Assembly: GCA_965215195.1 (NCBI GenBank)
Contig: CBDCDC010000001.1
Coordinates: 1,088,001-1,152,000 of the forward strand
Direction of reading: 5' to 3'
Origin: Candidatus Latescibacterota bacterium
GTDB taxonomy: Bacteria; Latescibacterota; UBA2968; UBA8231
Length of the DNA: 64,000 bases
Part shown: piece after piece, positions 30,246-39,680 of the stretch
Layout: each line of letters opens with the position of its first letter
Position numbering within the stretch: position 1 is the stretch's first letter
Translations under genes and position numbers: made by a program
Notes under the pieces: model-generated
The model's database searches: none
Seen by the model: only the letters and a program-made list of their open reading frames with translations
What the model was told of the DNA's origin: nothing

Positions 30246-30950
30246 GTGGTTGACAGATCAATTTTGAGCGAACAAGTCGCCTATTACCGGGCGCGCGCTG
30301 CCGAGTATGACGAGTGGCATTTGCGCCAAGGGCGATACGACCGGGGCGACGAGCACAACCTCCAATGGAGTGCGGAGTTGGATATTTTGCGCTCGGCACT
30401 TGAGCGGGAGAGGCCATTCGGCAAATGTCTCGAGCTTGCTTGCGGCACGGGATTGTGGACAGCCCATCTGGCGCAAGGTGCCACTGACCTGACGGCCTTA
30501 GATGCCTCTTGCGAGACGCTTGAGATCAATCGCACCAAGACTGGAAATGCTGCGGTGCGGTATGTGGTGGCGGATCTGTTCGAGTGGCGACCAGCCGAAA
30601 CGTATGATTTTGTCTTTTTTGGTTTCTGGCTGTCGCACGTTCCAATGCAGCAATTCAATCGGTTCTGGGAGGTGATTCGCGCCGCCCTAAAGCCGGGAGG
30701 TAGAGCTTTCTTTGTCGATGGTCTGGCAACGCAAGAGTCAGCCGCACGGGATCAAGCTGCAATCGACGATTCCGGCGTAGTGGAAAGGAAGCTGAACGAT
30801 GGTCGGACATTTAACATCGTAAAAGTATTTCACGATCCGGCGCAGTTGGAACGGCAATTGCGCGATCTTGGCTGGAGCGGTTCAGTTGAAACAACCGGAC
30901 GATTCTTTTACTACGGTTGCATGGTGGCGGAAGAAATACAAGATCGATGA
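30246..30950 (+). CDS. class I SAM-dependent methyltransferase
   Basis: CLELACGTG, YDFVFFGFWLSHVP, LKPGG. Confidence 0.9.
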   Translation: MVDRSILSEQVAYYRARAAEYDEWHLRQGRYDRGDEHNLQWSAELDILRSALERERPFGKCLELACGTGLWTAHLAQGATDLTALDASCETLEINRTKTGNAAVRYVVADLFEWRPAETYDFVFFGFWLSHVPMQQFNRFWEVIRAALKPGGRAFFVDGLATQESAARDQAAIDDSGVVERKLNDGRTFNIVKVFHDPAQLERQLRDLGWSGSVETTGRFFYYGCMVAEEIQDR

Positions 30951-31738
30951 ATCGCTATTCTGTTGGATACGATGAACACACGGCCCGGTTCTTGGCGGAA
31001 CGCACAGCCGACACGCATGCTCGGTTCCTGCTGGATTACCTCGTGCCCGGGATGGACCTTTTGGACGCCGGATGTGGGCCTGGGACGATAACCGAAGGAC
31101 TCGCGGAGATTGTGGCACCTGGGCGCGTCTTAGGTGTGGACAGAGCGCAGAGCCAAATCGCGCTTGCCCAGCGCCTCACCGCTGGATCGCTTACAATCGA
31201 GTTTAGAACCGACGATCTTTGCAGCCTGACTGCTGATGACGAGTCATTCGACGTCGTCTTCGTTCACGGAGTCTTGGAGCACATCGCCGATCCAGAGAAA
31301 GCTATCTCTGAGATTCACCGGGTACTGAGGTCGGGAGGGCTGGTAGGCTCAAGACATACCGACTTAGGAGGATTCCTGCTGGAGCCTACGCCACTTGGGA
31401 AATTCCCACAGTTGTTCATCCAGCTAATGCAACGAAATGGCGGTGATCCATATTGCGGACGTCGCCAGCCGGGACTATTCCGCGAGGCAGGATTCGAGAT
31501 CCTCAAGGTTTCCGCTTCGTATGACTGTTGGACGGCGGATGCGGACTCCACGCGGAGAAACGCGCACTTTCTCTCGGAGTTGTGTGGCGACTCTGAATTC
31601 TCTGATCAGCTTGTGGAATACGGGCTAGCGGACAGACGAGTCTTGGACCAACTAAAGTCCTCATTCCTCATGTGGGGGGAGATGTCGGAGGCGTTTGCAG
31701 CAGAGGCGTGGGGCGAGATCGTCGCCAGAAAAGCGTGA
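30947..31738 (+). CDS. class I SAM-dependent methyltransferase
   Basis: LLDAGCGPG, SFDVVFVHGVLEH, RVLRSGG; ATGA overlap with previous gene. Confidence 0.9.
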   Translation: MNRYSVGYDEHTARFLAERTADTHARFLLDYLVPGMDLLDAGCGPGTITEGLAEIVAPGRVLGVDRAQSQIALAQRLTAGSLTIEFRTDDLCSLTADDESFDVVFVHGVLEHIADPEKAISEIHRVLRSGGLVGSRHTDLGGFLLEPTPLGKFPQLFIQLMQRNGGDPYCGRRQPGLFREAGFEILKVSASYDCWTADADSTRRNAHFLSELCGDSEFSDQLVEYGLADRRVLDQLKSSFLMWGEMSEAFAAEAWGEIVARKA

Positions 31739-31763
31739 GTTTGGATTCGTCGCCTCTCGCGTA

Positions 31764-32633
31764 CTATATCAGATTGCCTTCGACGTGGACGGGCCGGAAG
31801 AGCGTGCGGCGCTTGGGCGGCATGGCTTCGAGGGCTTGGGGGTGGGGCTGCCACTTGTGCCATTTGCTATCGACGTAATTGTAGCGGCTGAAGATGGCGC
31901 AGCGCTCGTGCTTGGTGCTGCCCCACGGGGAAGCAGTGTGAGTGGTGCTCTCGGCGAAAATGAGCAGGGAGCCGGCCGGACACGTGTATTGGGTCCAAAG
32001 GTCCGAATTGAGGCTCTGAGCTCCGGCGGGCAGGGGGAAGGCGGCTTTGTGGCTGCCGCTGATGAACAGGGTGCCGCCGCCACTGGCATCAACCTCGTTC
32101 AATTCCCACACCACGCAGGTCAAGCTGCTGCGCGCCTTGCCGGGCACGCAGCGGTAGTTGTGCCCGTCGCCGGGCAGGCGCCACAGGCCATTGCCGTTGT
32201 GGGGCCCAAAGCCCCCTTCCCCGGTCTGGCGCATACTTAGGCTGGTTGATTCCATGCGAAAACCGTAGCAGTCTTGGCTCGACAGGTCGGGATTGGCGAG
32301 GAATTCGTTCATAAAACCGACGATAAAGGGGTGGTCGGTCAGTTCTTCCAAGGGGCCGCCAATCGGGCTACGCTGTGGCGCCGGTAGCGATTCAGGTGCT
32401 TGGTGCAAGCGGTAGCAAAAGGCCCGCATCTTTTGCACTTCGCCTTCGCTGAGCAGACCGGGTATCAATAGCCAACCTTGGGTATCAAACAAGTACCTCT
32501 GTTCCGGCGTCGGATCAAGTACCGGCTTGCCAGCGGCGTTGGTTCGGGGTAGGTCAACCGCGTCTATATCGACGTAGCCGACGCGACTCTGTTGAAAGAG
32601 GAGGGGCTGGGCGGTGCTGGGATCAACGGACAT
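31764..32633 (-). CDS. PhyH-like Fe/2OG enzyme with HNG motif
   Basis: YLFDTQGWL, PHNG, GGTLFISGSHK, FAESTTHT...R. Confidence 0.82.
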   Translation of the reverse strand: MSVDPSTAQPLLFQQSRVGYVDIDAVDLPRTNAAGKPVLDPTPEQRYLFDTQGWLLIPGLLSEGEVQKMRAFCYRLHQAPESLPAPQRSPIGGPLEELTDHPFIVGFMNEFLANPDLSSQDCYGFRMESTSLSMRQTGEGGFGPHNGNGLWRLPGDGHNYRCVPGKARSSLTCVVWELNEVDASGGGTLFISGSHKAAFPLPAGAQSLNSDLWTQYTCPAGSLLIFAESTTHTASPWGSTKHERCAIFSRYNYVDSKWHKWQPHPQALEAMPPKRRTLFRPVHVEGNLI

Positions 32634-32704
32634 GGCTGTTCCTTTCTCGGCTTTGGCTGTTGGCTCAACCAAGATAAGGCGATAAGGTTAGCGGCGCATG
32701 GACA

Positions 32705-33523
32705 TCAGCTAGCGGCGATCACTTGGCGCAAATGAGCCACGGCCAAGCCCATGCATTCCTCGTGGCTGCAACTGTTGAACTCGCCTAGTTCAAAGACTAG
32801 GCCGATCGCGCCGTTGAAATCCACTCCGCGCAGAATTTCTAACACGCGCCTGTAGTCGATAAACTCCTCAACGCCGCGGTCGATCTTGTAGATCTTGGCC
32901 CGCACGTACGTGGCAAAAGGCGCGGTCGGCTCCAGATAGTCTTTGTACAAATCGACATTTGGATCGAACTCGCCGCGCGGATGCGAGCCAATGGCCCCCA
33001 GCCACTGCCCGGTATCCAACAGGAAGCTGAAATTGTCGCGCTCGGTCTCGCGCAGGATGCGCAACACTTGATTCGCAGTCATGGCGAAACTGCCGTTGTC
33101 GTGATTCTGCAAGGCGACCATTACCCCGCGTTGGGCCGCGTAGTCGGCAATGGCTTGGAAATCCTCGATCATCGGGTGCCACAGGGCCTCTTGTTCCTCG
33201 ACGGTGCTCGGCCACTTGTGGCGCGCAAAAACGCGCAGTACTTGTGCTCCTAACAAAGCTGCGGTATCGACATCGGCGCGGCCCTGCTGCAAACGCGCAG
33301 CCCGCTCCTCGGCCGGCCCCACAAAGCTGCCGGCTCCAGCATAGCCAATGTGCAAGCCGCGTTTGCGACAGAGGCTCTTGAGGTGGTTGATATACTCGAC
33401 GCTGCGGTCTAGGCCCGACAAGTGGAAATCGACGCCGTCTAGCTGCAAAAGGCGGGCCTGCTCGACAACCTGCTCAAGGGTGGTAGTGGGCGTCTGACGG
33501 GCCATTGTGCTCAATTTGATCAT
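32705..33523 (-). CDS. sugar phosphate isomerase/epimerase (AP_endonuc_2 TIM barrel)
   Basis: LDGVDF, LGAQVLRVF, VALQNH, LLDTGQW. Confidence 0.82.
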   Translation of the reverse strand: MIKLSTMARQTPTTTLEQVVEQARLLQLDGVDFHLSGLDRSVEYINHLKSLCRKRGLHIGYAGAGSFVGPAEERAARLQQGRADVDTAALLGAQVLRVFARHKWPSTVEEQEALWHPMIEDFQAIADYAAQRGVMVALQNHDNGSFAMTANQVLRILRETERDNFSFLLDTGQWLGAIGSHPRGEFDPNVDLYKDYLEPTAPFATYVRAKIYKIDRGVEEFIDYRRVLEILRGVDFNGAIGLVFELGEFNSCSHEECMGLAVAHLRQVIAAS

Positions 33524-33603
33524 GGTTTGCTCGGGCCGCTCAATGTCGAGTACTTTGAATGAATGGCCGGCTGGTTCCGCTTAGCACTTGGGCGTAACAT
33601 CAC

Positions 33604-34194
33604 TTACTCTGCGTTGGCCTCGATCAATACCTGAATTTTCACTTCGTCTCCGAGCACGGCGCTGAAGCGTTCCCAGCTATTGACTCCGTAATCCGAGCAG
33701 AGTATGGAAAAATTCGTTTCTAGGCCGATCTGCGCCTTGCCACTCCGCGGATTGGTGCCGGTGCCGAGGATTTCGACGGGCAGGGTGACTTCTTTGGTGG
33801 TGCCGTGCAGGGTCAGCTTGCCCTTCACGCTGAGCGCGTTTTCGCCCGCGCTGGTCACCTCGGTAGATTCAAAGGTGATCGCGGGGTAGGTTTCGGCAGC
33901 AAAAAAGTCGTCACTTTGCAGGTGGCCATCGCGGCGTTCGTTGCCCGTGTCAATGCTCTTGACCTGAATGGTGCCGGAGAAGCTGGAGGCTTCGGGCTTG
34001 GCGGCGTCGTAGCCGATGGTGCCGCTAAAGTCCCCGAAACGGCCCTTTGTGCGGCCGACGAGGTGGCGAATGCTGAAATCGACTGAAGAGTGCGAAGCAT
34101 CGACTACGTAGGTTTCCGCCAAAGTCGCCTCGGCGGTGAGAGCGAACGTCAGGGCGGCAACCCATGCGAAATGGAGTGCATTAGGGCGAGTCAT
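33604..34194 (-). CDS. YceI family lipid/polyisoprenoid-binding protein
   Basis: signal peptide; YVVDASHSSVDFSIRH, SIDTGNERRDGHL...FF...YP.ITF, GKLTLHG. Confidence 0.92.
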   Translation of the reverse strand: MTRPNALHFAWVAALTFALTAEATLAETYVVDASHSSVDFSIRHLVGRTKGRFGDFSGTIGYDAAKPEASSFSGTIQVKSIDTGNERRDGHLQSDDFFAAETYPAITFESTEVTSAGENALSVKGKLTLHGTTKEVTLPVEILGTGTNPRSGKAQIGLETNFSILCSDYGVNSWERFSAVLGDEVKIQVLIEANAE

Positions 34195-34332
34195 GGAATT
34201 CTCCTTGGGCTATTGGTGTGAGAGTGGATCAGGCATTTTGTACCTAAGGGTGCCTTTTACTATACTAAAAATCTGACGCAGTAAGATGTGAATCCATAGC
34301 GGCCGGGGCAAGTCGCCCGGCAGGAGGCGGCC

Positions 34333-35181
34333 ATGATCAATTTCCCCCGTTCATCCTTTACGTGGAAGGCCCATCCCGCGCAGCCAGACCCTTATTACAA
34401 GTGGCCCGGCGGCTTCGTCGGCGAGCACGGTCAGGTCTATCACGTGCGTTTTACCTTAGAAGCGCGTTGCGTTTTGCGCGACAGCGATGGGGCCGAGCTG
34501 GCCGAACTTTTTTTGGGCGCGCCCTGCCGCAGCGAATACACCATTGCCAGCGAAAACCTGTTCCAAATCCCCAGCGGCGAGTGGCGGATGGCCTTTAGCC
34601 GCTCCTCCATTCCGGCAATCGCCCAGCGGCCGAGCACCGAGCCCGAAGCGGTTAGCGCACGTGCGCTGGCGGATGCGTACCAGCGTTACACCATTGACAT
34701 TCGCTCCTATCCCGCATCCGAGGCACTCGAAGAAGCCGACGCCATTGTGGCCTCGACCTTTGCCGGCGACGCGCAAAACGCCCGCTCGGTGTACCAGGAC
34801 GCGGCGAGCGGTATTGAGGTCGCGCTCGAATACCCGATCAACGTCGTGAACCTCAACCCTGCCGACGGCCAATACCAAGTCTGTACTGGCCCGGTACTGC
34901 TGCCGGATCTGGCGACTTGGGATGGGCGCGACGTGCATCGGGTCTTCGTTGCCCATGCGGCCTTCTCGCGCCGCGACCGGGTGGAGTTTATTTTGCGGCG
35001 TCCGGTGCAAGCCGCGCCCGAGGAGCGGGTGTGGCTCGATGCGCCCCGGGGCCGCGATCGGCTTCAGTTGCTCGATCCCAACAACCCGCCCCCCGGCTAT
35101 CCGCCCGCACGGGCCCAGCCGCTGGTGTACAACGAGACTTGGGATCTGGCCGCGCACAATGCGGTGCTGCGGGCCGATTGA
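34333..35181 (+). CDS. hypothetical protein
   Basis: 282-aa ORF with SD AGGAGG and host-like codon usage; no recognised motif. Confidence 0.7.
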   Translation: MINFPRSSFTWKAHPAQPDPYYKWPGGFVGEHGQVYHVRFTLEARCVLRDSDGAELAELFLGAPCRSEYTIASENLFQIPSGEWRMAFSRSSIPAIAQRPSTEPEAVSARALADAYQRYTIDIRSYPASEALEEADAIVASTFAGDAQNARSVYQDAASGIEVALEYPINVVNLNPADGQYQVCTGPVLLPDLATWDGRDVHRVFVAHAAFSRRDRVEFILRRPVQAAPEERVWLDAPRGRDRLQLLDPNNPPPGYPPARAQPLVYNETWDLAAHNAVLRAD

Positions 35182-35182
35182 T

Positions 35183-35416
35183 TGGAGCGCCGCAGTTATC
35201 GGCCTAGGCTGGTCTGGCGGGCCGGATCGCGTTGAGTGTGGGGCCAAGGGCATTGTCGCCGAAAAGCCGATGGCGCATACTTTAGAGGAGGTCGATCGGA
35301 TGGTGGGTGCCTGCGCCGCAGCCGGGGTGCCCTTGTGTTGCGGGGCGATTACCACGACTCATCCTTCGTTTGCGCGGGCCAAGGCGCTGCTTGCAGAAGG
35401 GGCGATCGGCGAGTGA
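35183..35416 (+). pseudogene. remnant of a Gfo/Idh/MocA oxidoreductase
   Basis: WSAAVIGLGW joined almost directly to KGIVAEKPMAHTLEEVDRM...LLAEGAIGE*. Confidence 0.75.
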
Positions 35417-35439
35417 GAGACGTTGTCGCGAGCACAGTG

Positions 35440-36624
35440 ATGCTGACTATCGACCAATTGCGCGCTTTGATGGTACGGGGCGAGTCTGACCGCGTAGAGC
35501 TGACTACCTCCACTAAGAACACGGACAAGTTCGGAGAGGCGATATGTGCCTTTGCTAACGACTTTCCCAATCACAAGCAGCCCGGTTATCTCTTGGTGGG
35601 AATGGACGACAACGGTAAGGCCAGCGGCCTGACCATCACCGATGAGTTGCTGCGAGATCTCGCAGCACTGCGTTCGAATGTCAATTTAGAACCGTTGCCA
35701 GCAATGACCGTGCAAAAGTGCATGTTGCCGGAGGGCGATGTGGCTATAGTGGAGGTAGTGCCATCCGATCTACCCCCCGTGCGATACAAAGGCCGAGTGT
35801 GGATTCGGGTGGGACCGTCCCGGCGCGGGGCAAACCAGCAGGAGGAGCGAATTCTCATTGAGAAGCGGACTGCCCTGCAACGGCCATTCGATGTCCGGCC
35901 TTGCTCGGGCTGTACGATTGACGATCTGGTCTTGGATCTATTCCTGATAAGTTACCTTCCAGCAGCGGTGGCTCGAGACGTACTCAATGAAAACAGACGT
36001 AACGTTATTGAGCAGATGGCTTCCCTCCGGTTTTACGATTTGGCCGCCCACTGCCCGACGAATGCGGCCGCCTTGCTGTTTGCCAAGGACCCTCTACGTT
36101 GGATTCCCGGCTCCCACATCCAATTTGTCCGCTGGGCGGGGACAACCATGGCTGACGACCCGATTGACGAGAAACGCTTCAGCGGCGACCTGCTGACAGT
36201 CTTGCGCGAAATCCAAGCGTTTGTCTCGCTCCCGACACAGGCCCAGCCCGTGGCTGAATCGGCTCTCCGGGAGCGGACGGAAATGGATTACCCGACGGTG
36301 GCCGTGCGAGAGTTGTTGTTGAATGCTATCATGCACCGCTCCTACGAGTCAAACGCACCTGTGCGGTTCTATTGGTACGACGACCGTATCGAAATCCAGA
36401 ATCCAGGAGGCCTGTACGGAATGGCCTCGCCCGAGAACTTCCCGATGCAGACAGATTACCGCAATCCGGTCATAGCGGAGGCCATGGCGACGCTAGGCTA
36501 TGTCAACAATTTCGGTCGCGGCGTCATCCGTGCACAGGCTGCGTTGCAAAAGAACGGGAACCCTGAGGCCGGATTCACCTTCGAGTCCTCTCATGTGTTG
36601 GCGACCATTTGGGGAAAGCGATGA
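35440..36624 (+). CDS. Schlafen/AlbA_2 domain + HATPase_c_4 protein
   Basis: GESDRVELT, ICAFAND, GYLLVGMDDNG; AVRELLLNAIMHRSY, DRIEIQNPGGL, YRNPVIAE, FGRGV. Confidence 0.88.
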   Translation: MLTIDQLRALMVRGESDRVELTTSTKNTDKFGEAICAFANDFPNHKQPGYLLVGMDDNGKASGLTITDELLRDLAALRSNVNLEPLPAMTVQKCMLPEGDVAIVEVVPSDLPPVRYKGRVWIRVGPSRRGANQQEERILIEKRTALQRPFDVRPCSGCTIDDLVLDLFLISYLPAAVARDVLNENRRNVIEQMASLRFYDLAAHCPTNAAALLFAKDPLRWIPGSHIQFVRWAGTTMADDPIDEKRFSGDLLTVLREIQAFVSLPTQAQPVAESALRERTEMDYPTVAVRELLLNAIMHRSYESNAPVRFYWYDDRIEIQNPGGLYGMASPENFPMQTDYRNPVIAEAMATLGYVNNFGRGVIRAQAALQKNGNPEAGFTFESSHVLATIWGKR

Positions 36625-37634
36625 AGACAATCGCTTTCTTCAACAACAAAGGTGGTGTCGGCAAGACATCGCTGGTCTATCACCTCGCATGGATGTACGC
36701 GGAGCTCGGTGTTTCCGTGGTTGCTGCGGACCTTGACCCACAAGCGAACCTGACCACCATGTTTCTCGCTGAGGACCGGCTTGAGGAGTTGTGGCCTGAT
36801 AGCGATAGCGAACATCCCAAGAGTATCTTGGGGACGGTCTCGCCAATCCTGCGAGGTCTTGGCGATATTTCAGAGCCGTACATAGAGCAAATCACCCAAA
36901 CCTTAGGCTTGGTTGTCGGTGATCTCGGCTTGTCCCGTTTCGAGGCAAAGCTCTCTTCAGCGTGGCCGGATTGTCTAGACCGCGACGAAGCGGCATTTCG
37001 CACCGAGTCCGCGTTCCATCGTGCGATTCTCTGCGCCGCCGAGGTGCGGGATGCCGATCTAGTGTTGATCGATGTCGGCCCCAATCTCGGCGCGATCAAC
37101 CGGGCGGCGATTATAGCAGCGAACTTCGTTGTTTTCCCTCTTGCTCCCGATCTCTTCTCGATCCAAGGGTTACGCAACCTTGGACCGACTCTTCGCACAT
37201 GGCGGGAAGAGTGGCAGGAGCGCGTAGCCCGCAAGCCATACGGGTCGGATTTGCCACTGCCTTCAGCCGCGATCATACCGGTGGGCTATATCGTGATGCA
37301 GCACGCTGTGCGAGCGGGGCGTCCCGTTCAGGCATACCAGAAATGGATAAGGCAGATTCCCGATGTCTATCGCAAGGAAGCGCTCAATGACGTTGGCACA
37401 AGCACCTCCTCGATTGATGACGACGTGCATTGCCTTGCTACGCTGAAGCACTACCGCAGTCTGATGCCCATGGCGCAGGAAGTACGCAAGCCAATGTTCC
37501 ATCTCAGAGCAGCCGATGGTGCTCTCGGTGGTCACATCCACGCTGTGCAGGATTGCTACGAGGACTTCAAAGATCTCGCGACATCCATAGCTGACAAGTG
37601 CAGAGCAGCGTCGCAGCCCGATCACCACTCGTGA
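36621..37634 (+). CDS. ParA-like ATPase
   Basis: FFNNKGGVGKT deviant Walker A, DLDPQANLT, IDVGPNLG; ATGA overlap with previous gene. Confidence 0.9.
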   Translation: MKTIAFFNNKGGVGKTSLVYHLAWMYAELGVSVVAADLDPQANLTTMFLAEDRLEELWPDSDSEHPKSILGTVSPILRGLGDISEPYIEQITQTLGLVVGDLGLSRFEAKLSSAWPDCLDRDEAAFRTESAFHRAILCAAEVRDADLVLIDVGPNLGAINRAAIIAANFVVFPLAPDLFSIQGLRNLGPTLRTWREEWQERVARKPYGSDLPLPSAAIIPVGYIVMQHAVRAGRPVQAYQKWIRQIPDVYRKEALNDVGTSTSSIDDDVHCLATLKHYRSLMPMAQEVRKPMFHLRAADGALGGHIHAVQDCYEDFKDLATSIADKCRAASQPDHHS

Positions 37635-37692
37635 ATGCGCACCTTCAAGAGGTGAGCTTCGCAGGTGGATTGAGCGTGACGGAGCGGACGCC

Positions 37693-37999
37693 ATGTTGGA
37701 TATAGGCGACAGGAAGCAGCTTTTTATCGACGAGCGGTTTTTTGCCGAGCGCGATGGGGACGCCGGTGCAGCATGTAGAGCCGGTATTGCGGCCGGATCG
37801 GGCCTTCGACGGCGGGGCCGGGGGTTGGCTGCGGGTGGAAGTGCTGGACGAAAGCGGACAAGCGGTGCAAGCGTCCGCGGCGGTGATGGGCAATGGGGTG
37901 TGCAAGGAGGTGCCCATTGGAAAGCTGGCGGGTACGCCGGTGCGGCTGCGCTTTGAGATGCGGGCCGCGAGGCTCTACGCATTGCAGTTTTCGCGTTGA
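37693..37999 (+). pseudogene. internally deleted beta-propeller glycosidase-like gene (family of 3821..5281)
   Basis: N-terminus MLDIGDRKQLFIDERF, frameshift, then C-terminus LRVEVLDESG...LAGTPVRLRFEMRAARLYALQF. Confidence 0.7.
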
Positions 38000-38067
38000 G
38001 GAGTGGGTTTTCTTGACCGGGACGACCCTATTGGGGTTATTTGTATTAACGGAGAAAGGAGACTGTC

Positions 38068-38298
38068 ATGCAGATTATTCGCGGAAAGACCGAAAGGGAA
38101 GCTCTTGAGGAGATTCAGCGGCGCAGGAGTACGCCGGAAGGGATCGGGCTAATTTATAAAATCGTCAAATCGCGCTTTGGCACCGGGTTTGATATTGTGG
38201 CCATGGACCCGGAGCTATACTTGGATATGCTGACGGGCGAGTTGCCGACCATTCCCGAACTCAGGGGCCACTCGCTGATGGACAGGATGGCCCCCTGA
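38068..38298 (+). CDS. small hypothetical protein
   Basis: strong SD AAAGGAG; stop overlaps next start. Confidence 0.65.
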   Translation: MQIIRGKTEREALEEIQRRRSTPEGIGLIYKIVKSRFGTGFDIVAMDPELYLDMLTGELPTIPELRGHSLMDRMAP

Positions 38299-38705
38299 TG
38301 GCGTCGCGACCTGATGTGACCGACAGCCGACAGAAAGAGGCCGATGCTACCGATGACAGGCAATATGAGCTTGTTGCCGAAATGGTTTCTGTGCAGCGCA
38401 AAAAGATCGAGCTTGCTGGCCGCTTCTTGGAAATTGGCCAACAAGAAAACCAACGCCATTACGATTTGGCCGTCAAAAAGCTAGAAATAGAAGACGAACA
38501 AAACAAGAGGGCGTACCGACTGGTGAAGCTAATCGTCGGCGGTTTTTCGATCGTTCTGTTACTGCTGCTGTACATGGTGTTTTTCGGGAGCGAGGCCCAA
38601 GCCGGCAAGGCTGAGAAAATACTGACCGAGGGGGCCAAAGCACTCGGCGGTGCCGGTTTCATATTCCTCATATATGGCGGTCTAAAACGTCTCATTAATC
38701 GCTAA
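38298..38705 (+). CDS. coiled-coil + 2TM membrane protein (DUF2335-like)
   Basis: QENQRH helix followed by two hydrophobic segments. Confidence 0.6.
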   Translation: MASRPDVTDSRQKEADATDDRQYELVAEMVSVQRKKIELAGRFLEIGQQENQRHYDLAVKKLEIEDEQNKRAYRLVKLIVGGFSIVLLLLLYMVFFGSEAQAGKAEKILTEGAKALGGAGFIFLIYGGLKRLINR

Positions 38706-38808
38706 TCCCAAGAGATTTTTATGCCCTCATCGGCGTCTGTTCCTTCATAAGAGCGGGCTGCCGCTGGGGGCTATTTTTTGTCGGCGGACCTACGAGAAGG
38801 GACGAAAA

Positions 38809-39633
38809 ATGAAGCTAGGGATTTTCCACAAAGTCTTTGCGCGGCCCGCGCTGGAGGAGAGCTTGGACGGGGTACAGGCCGCTGGCTTGGAGGCCGTGCA
38901 GGTCGATTTGACGGCTGCGGGTATCGATCCGGCCGCGCTGACGGACGCCGATTGCGAGCACATTCGCGCTGCGTGTGCAACGCGCGGCATTGAGATCGCC
39001 GCGCTGTCGGGGACCTTCAATATCATCGACCCGGACTTGGAAAAGCGCCGCTGCGGGATGCGCTGGCTCGCCGCGCTGGCCGCCGCAAGCCGCAAGTTGG
39101 GGACGGCGTTGATCACCTTTTGCACCGGCACGCGCAACCCCGATTATATGTGGGGGTTCCATCCCGACAACCACACGCCGGCCGCTTGGGCCGACATGGT
39201 CGCGGCCATGGCGGAAGCCGTGGCGATCGCCGAGGCGCAAGGCGCGACCCTCGTATTTGAGCCGGAGGTCAACAATGTGGTGGATTCGGCGCAAAAGGCG
39301 CGGCGCTTGCTTGACGAGGTGCGGTCCAAGCACTTGCAGGTGGTTATCGACGGGGCCAACCTGTTCCACGCCGGCCAGTTGCCGAGGATGCGCGAGATCT
39401 TAGACGAGGCATTCGATCTGCTCGGGGATTCGATTCGGTTGGCCCACGCCAAGGACTTGGAGCGGGATGGCGACGCCGGGCACCAAGCCGCGGGCACGGG
39501 TTTGCTCGACTACGATCACTACTTGGCGCTCTTGCGGCAGATCGGCTTTGACGGGTCGTTGATATTGCACAGCCTCGAAGAGGAGCAGGTGGCAGCGGCA
39601 GCGGCTTTTGTGCGCGAGCGCATGAACACTTGA
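38809..39633 (+). CDS. sugar phosphate isomerase/epimerase
   Basis: LVFEPE, VVIDGANL, LAHAKD, GTGLLDY. Confidence 0.88.
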   Translation: MKLGIFHKVFARPALEESLDGVQAAGLEAVQVDLTAAGIDPAALTDADCEHIRAACATRGIEIAALSGTFNIIDPDLEKRRCGMRWLAALAAASRKLGTALITFCTGTRNPDYMWGFHPDNHTPAAWADMVAAMAEAVAIAEAQGATLVFEPEVNNVVDSAQKARRLLDEVRSKHLQVVIDGANLFHAGQLPRMREILDEAFDLLGDSIRLAHAKDLERDGDAGHQAAGTGLLDYDHYLALLRQIGFDGSLILHSLEEEQVAAAAAFVRERMNT

Positions 39634-39680
39634 GGCCGTTATTGGCGCGGGCTATGCCTGCGCCCCGGAATACGAGCTCG

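Noticed and set aside
36621-37634. ParA as a chromosome/plasmid partition locus
   Set aside because: No ParB, parS-like array or replication gene; it is coupled to an AlbA_2 gene instead
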